Origin: Euglena gracilis
Lineage: Eukaryota
Direction: 5' to 3'
Assembly: GCA_039621445.1 (NCBI GenBank)
Contig: CP154954.1
Location: 4,079,437 to 4,143,436 of the forward strand
Length of the DNA: 64,000 nt
Part shown: positions 11,271 through 23,699 of the stretch, piece after piece
Layout of the letters: every line of letters starts with the position of its first letter
Position numbering within the stretch: the stretch's first letter is position 1
Position numbers and translations under genes: made by a program
Notes under the pieces: generated by a model
The model's database searches: none
What the model was told of the DNA's origin: nothing
The model's input: only the letters and a program-made list of their open reading frames with translations

Positions 11271-13685
11271 TGGAATAGCAGCCTGCTTTTGGCAAACACA
11301 CGGTACATTTTTTATTATTGTTCTGAATTCTTATTGTTCTGATATTGTTGGCAAAAACTCACCCTCTCATATCAAGCGAATTTAGGAGGGAAAAATACCA
11401 ATGGGGGGAACCCGGAAATGGAACCTAACCAATCCCCTGCCCATTGCGAGAATAAACATTCGGTGCAACTCATACACAGCTTGCATAATATGTTGCTGTC
11501 CAAAATTACACACCAAAAACTTACATCCTACCCAACTTACAGCGCCCTGTCCCCCGACTTTGGACGCCCAAATTATTTATGCTTGTCAATATACAGACAG
11601 ACACACTCAAGCACACACACACACAACGACAAAAAAACTCATAACCACTCTTTTACATTACAGGAGAACCCTGCAGCGGGACATATCAGCCAGGGAATGG
11701 AGGCCGGGGCTAACGGACATGAACGGTGACGTCGGTGGGGATGTCCTTTCGTCCTTGAAGAGCCTTTGTCGGTATGGAACAGTGAGGTGGGCGCGCTTTA
11801 ACTTGGGAATGCCTCACGGAACACTTCACACGTTGTTGGAATGCATTTTTGACTGGCCAAATGCAGCAAAAAAAGACAGAAAAAACCAACAACAACAACA
11901 ACAACACGACACGAACAAGTGGGAAGATGCTCAAAGTTTTTCGTCATGCAAGGGCGGTGGATCAAAAGTTGCAAAAATACGCAATCACACACACTGGGCT
12001 GAGTCGAACTGGTCAACCAATGTGGAAGGAGTTGGTACCTTTGAAACTAGGAGCCCTGGCAAAAAGGATCCAAAAGATCAGGGAAGATGGACTGGACCTA
12101 GAATCATCAGAAACCGGGAGGGAGGAGTTATGTTATTGCACATAAAGCCAGAATGCGAAAAAAACAATTGTAAAATATTTTTAAAATTGGTATAAAACCC
12201 AACAAAAGTGCATTGGCTTGGAGGCTTGGAGTTCGAATATTAGTAAATGCACGTTAACTATGGCAATTGGTTCAAATGGTAATAAATGAACCTTAGTTAT
12301 CAGCAAAAGCTCTGCCGACTTGGATGGCCAACTGGCGGTGATGGGATTGCAAGAGCTTCAGCAGCCCCAGGCCACTGTGCATATGTGGTCCCTTACACGG
12401 CTCCTAACAGTTCCATGGTTCATTCTGAATTTGGTGTTCCAGCCGGCACGTAATTGGCCGGAGGTTCAGCGCCGCAGCAAAGTTTGCCGCGGCGCAAAAT
12501 AAATTCTGCGGCGCACAATCGAGTTTTTGCTGCGGCACACCCGCAGCGCACCTGAAATGCTGCCGCGGCACACCAACAACGCACCCGTGGCACACCAATG
12601 ACGTTCTCCTGGCACATGCAGTGTGCACGCGGCGCTGCCGCGGCGCACGCGCTCACAAAATTTCCGGTGCCGCGGCGCACACAGCGCAGGAAAAAAAATT
12701 CCGCAGTGCACTAATTGAAAGTCTGGGTCGGATTTGGAGTGCCTTGGAGTGCCTGCCCAGGCAGGCACCCCAACAATGTCATACATTTTTCATCGTCAAG
12801 GCTGGGAATTTTTGTTTCACAATGTGCCATACTTTTTGCTCTTTGTCACACAATATTTTGAATATTCGATGAATTCAGTTACTTGACTTTTTGATGTCTT
12901 CAGCCTGGACCTCCCCCCTGCCCCCACCCCTGCCGGGGAGTCCGAGCCAGCACCGTCTTTTCCAGCGAACACCTGCCATTCGGATGGCTGACACCCCCCC
13001 CCCCCAAAGAGTGAGTGGGAGTGGTGAGTCAATAAAATCTTCACAGAGCAGCGAAACCGGCCAGAACCCCCCAAAAAAAGTTTAAAAGAGGTCCATAATG
13101 GCCAAAAAAAATTGTCAAATTCCCTTTTCTGTCGTTATTTAAATTCCCACCTCAATAAACTGGCCGGAAAAAACCCAAGACAGGTGTATTTGGGCCTTTT
13201 TGCCAGCTTTCGGGTGCCAGCTGGGTCCAAGGGGTCCAGCCAGCACAGTTTTTCCAGCTTCAGCACGGCAAAATCAACTGAGTAATTTCATGCAGAGAAT
13301 TTCCGGAAAAAATGTACATGGTGCACACGGTGCGCCATGCGGCGCATGCGGTGCTGCACGAGGTGCACGCGGTGTGGCAGCTTCCCCACCAGCCCTACGA
13401 GTATCGGCAAAATCGGCCCTGGTTGGCACTGAGAGGGCCGACTGGGCCAATGGTAAATAGCAACAACGATGCCTCTATAACCCAACGACCACAACCCCCT
13501 CAAGAATGAAATCTCCAGGGGAAAAAAAGACGAGTAATGAAGAAAGAATCGCTGATTGTTGGCCCGGGCATATGAATTTGTTTCTGGAAATCACTCTCTG
13601 GTGGAAGCATTTGACGATAGCGTGCGGCAGACCCATACAAAAACAATGGTCGACGACCCTGCATACTATTTTGTCCTATATATTA

Positions 13686-13941
13686 CCCCCCCCCCAGTTG
13701 TATGACCGGGTTCCTGCAACCTGTGACCGGGGGTGGGGTAGTCATAACACCCCCATAACCTGCAACCTGTGACCGGGGGGTGGTCAAAACGAGGGGGCGG
13801 TCGTAGGTAAGGTGGTGCTAAATTTTTCGCAACCTGTAACCTGTGACCGGGGGGGGGGGGGTCATAACACCCCCATGACCTGCAACCTGTGACCGGGGGG
13901 TGGTCATAAATGAGGGGTGGTCATACGACTAGGGGGGGGGG
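13686..13941. mobile_element. TA-TSD MITE (Tc1/mariner/pogo-like), poly-C/poly-G termini
   Basis: ta|ccccccccccagttgtatgacc ... ggtcatacgactaggggggggg|ta, with internal repeats of cctgcaacctgtgaccggggg; four copies in the window. Confidence 0.85.
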
Positions 13942-13974
13942 TACGATTCGGGACATGATTGTCACAGAAGCATA

Positions 13975-14180
13975 CCACCCCAACCTTCGGCTAAACACGG
14001 CAATCGCCTGCACGCCGTCCGAGCCGCTCTAGAGCCCGTCCACTCAACCCGCACATCGGAACCGCAGGGCAGCGACAGAGAGGAGAGCATTTTGTTGGGA
14101 GGATGGCCTGCCTGGGAAAACGTGGGGGTGGGGGCGGATGGAACGTTGCAAATGCCGTCCAAATCTGGGATGAGGTTAAA
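13975..14180 (-). pseudogene. Exon-like relic block (FNLIPDLDxICNVPSAPTP...DVRVEWTGSRAARxACRRLPCLAEGWGG)
   Basis: Gap-free match to 59325-59535, with the same frame open in both ORF-track entries; frame and strand not certain. Confidence 0.4.
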
Positions 14181-15109
14181 TCCACCATTGTCGGGCAAAT
14201 ATGATGAAACAAAACAGTTGCTTTCTGAAGCACATAGCAATGCTCTGGCTGGGGGATGGCTGCACAGGCAGCTATCTCAAATGAAACGTGTCCCTACAAA
14301 CCTGCTCCCTCCTATCGATTGATAGACGTTTTAAAAATACTCTTTGGCCATGGAAAAACAACTGGACACTCACAAACGAGTGAGCAAAATGGGTTGCCGA
14401 ATTGAAAAACCCAACAGAAAGCCAATAATATGTCAAAAAAACAACATTCTGTTAACCCCAAAACTGAACAACCTTTGATGATGTGATTCATTGCACGACA
14501 CAATGGTGCAGGGATCACAAGGTTTTCTTCATTGTTTCTCAGCTGGCGGGCACCGACTGGCACTATGGGTGCACGGGAGAGGCACATACCTCGGATGGTG
14601 GCATGAGATTGGCCATAAACTACAAAAGTGCTTGTGAACCTTGAAGTGCTTGTGAGGTTGTTTTTTACCGACAGGGGGGGGAGTGGGGGTGGGTGCCATA
14701 AGGTGCCTGCCCATAGCAGGCACACCACCCGAGGGGGGTAGCCTGGGGTACCCAGGGTCGGGTTGGTTTTTGCAAAAAGGATAAAGAAAACAAGACCGGG
14801 CACCGGACAGGGGTGCCTGCCCAACCGATCCCCAAAACCCTACCCTAGAATGTGAGGTGACCTCCAGTTGACGCTGCCCAACCCCTTCACCCCGCCGGGG
14901 CAGCAATTGGGGAATTTGGGAGAAAAGAATTGGGGTGGTATGGATGTGATGGGTGGTTTTGAGTGGGGTGGGGCCTACGGTGATGTGGCATCTGTTTCCA
15001 ATTGGAAGGTTCTAATTGGTCCGGTGTGTGTAAGAGGACGAGGGCAGAAATCGAGGGTGTATTTGTTGGAGATTGGGAAAGGAAGGTGTGAATGCGCAGA
15101 TGTTGGTGC

Positions 15110-15570
15110 CGGAGGTCGGTGTTGTACGTCCCCATTTGTTCGTCTCGGCTTGTTGGGCACGCCGCCCTGTGCAGTGATGGCAACGCAGTTGGTCAACAAA
15201 GCATATGTGCGCAAAAAAAAAACACCAAATTGTGAAAAATGCATTCCAGGCCATCTAAATTCACTTTAAAGAAGGTATCACTTCAATCCCCAATATCATT
15301 TTTCCAGAGTAAACGGCAGACGTTCTTCCTGATCTTATTTATCGACCTGACCCTGTCCCCACCCAAACCCTATCGCTATCCTCAACCTTCAAATTCTAAC
15401 CCATCCCATTCCAAACCCCATTCCCTGCACCTTGGTTTGGGTTCCAGATTTGGAACCCAAACCAAAGGTTTGGGTTCCAAATCTGAACCCAAACCCTCAT
15501 CGCATCTGGCGTGGTTGAGGTGGCGTAATGAAAAGAATGGACGATTGGAGACAACGACGAGGAGGTCATC
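15110..15570. repeat. Dispersed repeat with an inverted copy at 25285-25820
   Basis: Near-identical reverse-complement match (the ORF track shows mirrored peptides MHSRPSKFTLKK.. and MAWNAFFTIW..); absent from paralogous backbone copies. Confidence 0.85.
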
Positions 15571-15809
15571 CTTCCTGTGCATGGGGAATTCACCATTTGA
15601 CTTCATTCTCTTCGTTAGCCGCAAGAACACTGTGACACCTGGAATTACAAATCAACAGCAGACATTGCAGATTGCGACTCCAGAAAAAGAGCTTTAATAA
15701 TCAACTTGGGTTGAACTGGGGGTTAAATAATCAACTGGGGTGAATAACTGCATCTGCCCCCTGCCCCCCCCCCTTGCCCGCCAACCGGAGTCATGGTACA
15801 AAGTGAAGC

Positions 15810-16601
15810 CCCCTTACCACCCCCTTACCCCTTACCCCCCCTTACCCACCCCTTACCCACCCCTTACCCACCCTTACCCACCCCTTACCCACCCCTTACC
15901 CCAAGTCATGTGGGACAAAAATGTTTCGGATGTATCATTTTTTTGTCAAGTACCGGGACCCATTGAACTGCTCCATTGCCCGGACACCCCCCCGGCAAAA
16001 AAATAAACCTCATCCTCATCTCTGGTCGATTTTGAGGGCAAAGAGCGGAACCTATTCAACAAAATGCACCTCCTCACCCTCCCCAACCGCTCTTACCCAC
16101 CACCTTCCCCACCCCTTACCCACCCCTTACCCCCCCCTTTCCCACCCCTTACCCCCCCCTTGAGTGATGGCATAAAGTGGAGCCCACAGTACCCCACACC
16201 CCCCACACACCCCCCCACACCACCCCCACACTACCCCCCACACTCATGTTGACTGTGCGCAACTGTTCGGGTGTCCTTTTTTTGACTTACTCGCCCTTCG
16301 GCCTCGTCCCCCCGCGGCCTTCGCCCGCGGCCCGGGGGGGGGGGGCGCCCCCCGGACCCCCCCCCCAGAACCAAAATAACATCATCCCCTTGTGTGTGCA
16401 AGGCAAGGGAAAGAAAATCCACTTTCCCAAGATTTGGCACCCCCTCACAACCCCCCACAACCCCCACCCCCCCCCCCCCACCCCCCCCCACACACACCCC
16501 CCACACCACACATACCCCCCACAGTACCCCACACTTAAGTGTGGCTGCTCCACTTTATGTCATATGCGCCCCCCTTACCACCCCTTAGCCACCCCTTACC
16601 C
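15810..16601. repeat. C-rich region with (CCCCTTACCCA)n telomere-like arrays
   Basis: Arrays at 15810-15902, 16090-16160 and 16568-16601, interspersed with CCCCACA runs. Confidence 0.8.
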
Positions 16602-19600
16602 GGGTAAGGGGGCCTGACATTATGACCAACCGTGGCCAACGACCCCTGACCAGGGTGGGTTGTGCGCACCCCTTCACCTGCATCCCCCACCCAGGGTGCT
16701 TGGTGTATATATAAATGGTCGGTGGACAAGGGGGTTAAATGCCGATGACGTTGGACGGTGGTGAGGTGGACCATTGAGAAGCTAAAAAAAACATGCCCCC
16801 ACCGCCATCAAACAAGCACAAGCGAATCCCCACTGCTGGTTGCTGTGTGCTCCCGCTGATGGGTGCGGAGGATGAAGATGGCGCCAAAGGACCTCGGGGA
16901 GGGGTCCACAGTGTTGGGGAATGCAATTTACCAGCATTTTGGGTCATTAATTTGTATTAATTTGAAGACGATATTTCATCCAAATTCTTCAACCTTTCCA
17001 ACCCCTGGAATCGCCGGGGGGTAGGGGCCGTCATTGAAACACCACGCACCATAACTTGACGACACCATGAACGTCGTACTTCACTGGTGTAAAAAAAAAA
17101 ACGGAAGGCAGAAAAAAAATGCTGCACAAGAAATGTGACGCTAACACATGGAGGTTGTTACAGGAGTTGAGGCAGTGGAACCGACACGGGCCCCCTCTGG
17201 TCGCGGCCCGCTTGGCAGCCGGGCCCTTCAGGCAGACTGCGAGGTCGGCGGGCTGGGGCGGCCGCGGGGTGGCTTTGCTGGTGGTCATCGGCACGCGTTG
17301 CAGGAACAAAAAGTACCTGTGGAACAAAAAATGTTGCTTATTGTACCGTGTCAGGCACCAAAAAGTATGTGATCATGAAAAGTTGTGCAAGCAATAACAG
17401 GTATTTTTGGGCCCATCGTTGTTTTTGATTTGGGTCTGCTATTTAAATCTAATTCAAATCTTAATCAAATACTCTTAATTTTCATTTCAATTTAACAATT
17501 TGTTTGACGGGGGGGGTGAGACACACACACACACAGACACACACACACACAGACACACACATACACACAAACCCCGGTCCTTCTCTTTCCTTGACAATTG
17601 CTTGCGGGAGGTGGTTTTTTGGGGGTGGGGTGACATATCCACCCCTTTGGTGGCTTCTGAAGTCCTGCAACGCGTTGTGAAGGTTTTTTTGAAGTTGGTT
17701 ACAAAAAGAGAGGAAATTCACAAGCAACAAATAAAACAGGTAGAAATTGGCTGTTAAAGCTGCCACTGATGGTGGATGAGGGGATAAAAGACACAGGAGG
17801 ACTGCCACCAATTATCGGTAGAATTCAGTATCTATTACTATCCCACTGATGTTTAAACTCTGTGACACCCACACCACAACAAAACTGATGGTAGTGTGCG
17901 CGAATGCGTGCAAAGACGATGAAAGCAGCAGTAATCACATCATGAAATAAAAATATGCAATTGGGGAAACCAACCATGTCTTTTTGTGACGCTTTCTTTT
18001 GGCGTGACTATGGTGTATGGTGTTTATTGTTTTTTTTTGAAAAAAATGTTTTCTTGCAAAAAAAATGACTCTGTGGTGTTTTATGTTTTGTTTATATATA
18101 TTTTTTGTGTTCCGGCAGAGAAAAGGGCAAATGATTGTCCAAAAAATGCACTGTGTTTGCATATGGTTGATTTGCAGCATTTGCGCACACCAATCACCCA
18201 AAAACACCAGCAGTGTTTATGTGGGCAGGGTTCAGAACCATAAGAATACAATTGAAATATACCACAATTTCATCACCTTCATTTTCTAGCTCCAAACACG
18301 CTGAGCCTCTTGGTTGGTTGGTGTGCAAATGCGAAATTTGGGGGTTGCTCACAAAGGAGTTGATTACATTGGGTGTTTTTTTCACGAGACTTTCCGGTTT
18401 AATTGATCCCGTCTGGCTGGCCCTGTCCACACCCAGCCCCCTCCCTTCTGGCCAGGCATTATTCTTTTTAAGTCCTTTTTTGAGAAATTTACAATGCTTC
18501 AAAAAGGCTTAAAAACTTCGGATTGGCAGAATTTTCTCCGACCGAACAAAAAAAATCAAAGCACAAAATCCCGCCAAAAAGGAGCTAAATCTAGGAAGAA
18601 GAAAAAAATGATTTCTATCTATCCAACTCCAGAACTCAAAAAAAAGTGTTTTTTCTTGACTTTTTGATTTTGGAGAACATTCAATATCAAAAATGTTGGT
18701 TCGATAGCCCTTGGACCACCCTTGCAAATAGCGCATTAAAATGCCTGTTCCTGGCAAAGAGCAAAAGAGAGTTGCTTGAACGGTTGTCTTGCTCGGCTTT
18801 CCACATAGGGTCAGTCCAGGGGAGGAAAGATCCCTTTGGCACCCGACAGTGCGCGAAGCGCGGCGGCTGAGCGCGTGTGGAAGGCCCGGCGCGCTGGCGG
18901 GGCAGACCGGAGGGGGGAGTGTCCCGGCCAAGTGGCAGAGGCATAATGGCGGGAGGGAGAGACCGCCAGGGTGGGCCGGCAGTGCTGGCGGAGAACGGGA
19001 CGCCAGCTGGCGCCCCGTCAGTTTTCACAGATCCCCCGTGGAGGATTGGAAACCCGAGGGGGAGACTGGGCGACCCGATCCCATTCCCCGACTTCACATC
19101 AAAAACAATTTGCCTGAGTTGGAAATGCAAAAGAAGCATTTCTGTCAATTGAGGAATTAATGATCAGAATTTACAAAATGATATACAACATATTTTGCTG
19201 AAAAAAAATTAAGCTAGAAACGCAACGCATCAATTGGGAAACTATACTGAAAATTGTTCCAGACTGAACGTCGCCTAAAAGAAAAGTGTTGTTATCAAAC
19301 CATCAGGAAACAGGACGCTTTGTACCTTTGGGAGCATGAGGATTTGAAATTTTCGATTTCTGGAAAAAATTAGCAAAAATAAAGGGTAGCAATGGTTTCA
19401 GCTGAAAATTCGGTCCCAAATCAAGCAATTGTATTGAATCAAACTCACTTCTAAGCAAATCTCTCAAAACCAACAAAAGCACACAGAACAAAATCTTGCC
19501 AAAACAAAACAGCCAACGAGTCTGAATAACCACAAAAGATATACCACAATAAACTGTCCCAACCATAAGCCTGGAGAGGGGCTCTGTGGTTAGGGAAAAT

Positions 19601-21849
19601 GGACATCGGACACCTTCATTGCCAAAAAAAACATAAATATTTCTTGTGAAAAACAAGTTGCGAGATGAAAACCCGCGGTTAGGAAGAGGAGACTAAACGC
19701 ACGAGACAGAGGCTGGTCCTCAGCTTCCATGGTAGCTTTCCGGAAAATGACATATCACACACCTGGGCAGCCGGCAGCGCGTCCCACCCTGGGGATGGAG
19801 GCGACCGAGGCGGAAAGCAGCAGCGGGGGCAAATGAGGGGCCGGCACACGCCCTGGAGCAGGGCACCGGCCTGGGGGGCGTGTGACCGTGAGGGCCCCGC
19901 AGCGGCGATTTTCCGGGGAAGGAGGAGAGACACGCAGACAACCCCACTCCTTTGGGGCATTTCTGACCAATTTGGGGGGAAACGTCAAAAAATGCCCTCA
20001 CAAAATGCGTGTAGAAGGTTACGGGGGGAAATGGGCTGGAGGATCCTTTTCCGGAAGCAAGTTGGTGAAAATTGGTCTGAACATGGAAAGCGGGTGTTTT
20101 CAGGGTGGTTGTTCGATTTTTTTTGTTATTACCGTAATTTTTCAGCTGAAAAGGGGGGACTCCAGCCGGCACCTCTGCAGCCGGACGGCTGGACTCCCCT
20201 TTAAGGTCCTCAGGAAAACAGCTTCGGATTCCTAAAAGCGAAAGTTGGAACCATCCGACAGGCCACAAAATGGGGTGTGCCCAGAACTTCAAAGGAGATG
20301 CAGCACAAATCATGCTCCAGATGCTGCCTGCTTTGTGTATTTTTTTATATTTATTTTGCTTTAATTTGTTTCATCATTTCGATTTATGTCATATTTTTAT
20401 GGTTTCTATATTTTTTTCTTGTCATATATTTTTGTTATCTATCAAATAAATTATTTTTATTTTTTTGTCGTTATTCTTATTTTTTGTTGACTTTCTTTGG
20501 TCATATTCTAATTCTTTTAGTTCCTTTTTATTATACGTTGCACGAGCCGCTCTGTGGCGCTTCAACCTTTGACAGCCCCGGAGTTGCCAACTTGAAGGAA
20601 AAAAAAGCAGAAAAACGAAAACAATGCTAAAAACAGAAATTACTTGAAAACAGGCTTCAGATAGTTTTAAAAAATCCCCCTGAGCACTGTCCCTTCATCA
20701 TGTCACAGACGAGTTGGGAAGCACACCCGACACAGATATTGACGGGCAAGTGCAAAACGCCATCTTTTGGTTGAAGGCACGTTCCCACGTTGTGGGGAGG
20801 TACATGTCCCCATGGGTTTGAAAGGCCTCCGTGGCTGCTCTGTTTGAATTTCATGGTCAGTTCATGGTCAGGGGCAAATGCCCGGTTCATGCGCTCATTG
20901 GAACAGGAACAAAGCACAATATTTTGCCATTCTGCCGAACAAAATCACTGGAATCGTGGAAATTCGCCAATGAAGCACCCGACAAGCAGCTCCCTCCAAC
21001 ACATTTGATGGTTCAGAACGTTAAAGCAAATGACCCGCAAAAGCTGTCAGGGTTGGGGAGAGCGAGGAGATCCGATACAGCCCGGAGTCAACCCCGTGGC
21101 AGGCTGGCATGGAGAGTCATTCAACCAGGGGCACACTTCAGGCGAACAACAACGTCGGCGGTAGCGGTGACCCTGGCAGGTTGGTGGAATTGCGTCCTTG
21201 GGGTTTGGGCGAGCCCTTTTTTTGTTTTGAGGTGTGTTACTCCGGGGCAGATTGACACCCTCTGCCTCTGGTGGCCTCGTCTGGTGCCCTAATTGACCAG
21301 GCTTTGATTAATAGCCCTTTGCAGCAAAAATCAATTTTCGATGGGAATTGAAAAAAAAATTACACGAACCGGGCAGGGATAATGGTGATAATCCTCCGGT
21401 TCTCGAGGAGGCCCGAACCTCAAGGGGGGGGTTCGACACCCCCATTTGCCCAGGGGTGAGCTTCGCTCTCACCCACAAAAGTGATAAAATCTCTGCGACC
21501 ACCTGCCACCTTACCCCCTGAGAAGCGGTGACCCCCCCACCACGTACCTCATACAACCCTGGGGTCCAGTGATGTCGCTCTTTCACTTCTCCATTGGTGG
21601 TTCATTTGCGCCAAAGCACGCGTCATGTCGTTCAGTTCAGTTCAGTCAGTTCAGTTCAATTCGGTTCAGTCGTTCAGTCGTCGTTCAGTTCAGTTCGGTT
21701 CAGTCGTTCAATTTGTGGCCGTTCAGGTGCAAATGAACCACTTATGAATTTCTGGTATTTCATGTCTGGAAATTCATTTGCCCTTCTCGCCCACCACGAC
21801 ATGCTGTGCGCTTTAGTACGCAAGAACCACTGGCGATTTACCGGCATTT

Positions 21850-22823
21850 GAAGGTTGTGTTTTGTCACAGCATTTATCGACCATGCAGAACCCATAAAAA
21901 TATTTTGCTTCTGCGCACGTTTGTGTGCACAAACGCAATTGTGTTGTCGTGCGCGCTTTGGCGCCCATGAACTCAACAAACGGTGTGACAAACCCACCAA
22001 ATCATGTTTCTGAACGGTCCGCTGGTTCCCGCGGCCTCGGCTCCTTTGTCACGCCGTTTATCGACGCTGTCAGTTCATAAGCCCTGCAGCCCGACCCTTG
22101 AAGTATAAAATTGTGTGTTGTGTGGGCGCACGAACGTTTGTGGGCACATTTGCGTCCATATAACACAAATTTGTCCTTCAAGGGTTGCGCTTTTTCTTCC
22201 GGGTTCATTGCAATAAAATTGGATGTACGGATCCCAGGCATAAGTAGGGTGGGAGACACCCGTCCCTTTCATTCCCTGCGGACCCTTTTCTACTCCCCTG
22301 TGAATCCCCTGCCAAACTTCCACACCCAGCCTCCTTACCCTACGTCAGCACGTCCTTCCCGCCGGCTTGGTCACACTACACCCGCACACCCTGCCACTTC
22401 CTGCCTGCCCTTTGCCAAACTCCCCAAAAACACCACAACGGTGCGCTGCAAGCAAAGCACGTCCGGATGCACACCGCCGGCAGCTCAGGTTCACCGGGGA
22501 AACAGCTGAAAAGAGCAAGAAGGGCAGTAAAGTCCCGTTCCTGTGCCGCTTTTTTGCTTCCCCCCCCCCTGGGGGAGGAAGGTTCCGGGGATTTCGACGT
22601 GCGGAGCCCATTTCCGGCCCCCCCCCCCAAAAAAACACCATTTTTTGGCCAAAATCCCAGGGGTCACACCGCCCAAAAATCGAATTTCTCTCATTTGTAG
22701 CACCCTCTAATATTGTGTTTACAAACCCCCCAGAGCCATACGGCCAAAATAAAATATTATTTTGTTAATTTGTGCATATGCCACCAACACGAAAAAGCTT
22801 AAGTGCGGATCCGGTCACCTAAC
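21850..22823. mobile_element. Member of the CTTAGG-ended TIR family (right end visible, left end not located)
   Basis: Interior matches 32670-32890 plus 33445-34020, and 39000-39449; ends aagcttaagtgcggatccggtcacctaac. Confidence 0.65.
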
Positions 22824-23699
22824 AGAAATCATCACCAGATGCTTCAATTTGTCCACAGAAAAGAAGTCTTGAGCAATAGAATTTTTTCAATTTTAGGCAA
22901 AAGTCAAAACATTTTAAGCATATTGGGTCGAAGAAGGTTTTTTGGGCCATTTTAGGCCATTTTAACTCTAGGTACTTGGCACACGGCAACTAGGCACACG
23001 GGTTGGTTCCAACCGAGGAAGCCCATAGTAAAGCCAGCAAGAGCCAAAGGCAAAGGCAGCCATGGTCAACAGCCCATGGAGGCAACCACTGAGCAGGATT
23101 CCCTGCAGCTTGTCCCACTTCCACACCTCAATGGTAGCAAGCTTGCCACACAGCTTCCGGGCTCCGACTTCCAAAGGAAGAGAGAGACTTCTTCGGAAAC
23201 AGAGTTTTGGGGCTCCGAAACAAAACTGAGCGACAATTGGGTGAAATCCGCACATGACCCTCGTACCCAGCAGGTTTGACTTCAACATTCACACACAAAT
23301 TGAGGATTTCAGAACAACTGAAGAACCCTGGGCTCGAAGCAGGGGAAAGCTACAATTAGGTGTCGGTGAGGGCTATTGGTTGATGGACATAGGTTGAATC
23401 AACCAATGTCCCAGAAATTCAGGAAGGTGTACCAGAAAACGTCCATTTTGGACAAAAAAATGCACATAGGGTGTAAACAAATTTTGTATAAGTCACCCAA
23501 AAAACCAATGACTCCCTCCCCAAATGAAAAATCCCCTGAGTATCTTGAAATCCCACCAAAATATAAAGCAGGGGGAGCAGAACATCTGGGCAAGGTTAGC
23601 TGAAGGTGAGTTTTTCATGCAGATGGACCATCGCAATGTCCAATCCAACTCGAGTGAAATAGACTGCAACCAGTGTTCAACCAATGATGCAGCCTGTTG

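Noticed and set aside
11401-12195. 264-aa plus-strand ORF, the longest non-repetitive ORF
   Set aside because: No recognisable domain; the paralogous region (54550-55600) is interrupted and frameshifted; neighbouring constrained blocks point to the minus strand.
15810-15902. True telomere
   Set aside because: Short, internal, irregular and not TTAGGG.
20860-21010. Minus-strand text CWRELL..EFPRFQ*..LCSCSNERMNRAF as another hAT dimerisation relic
   Set aside because: The motif is too weak and interrupted to call without a profile search.
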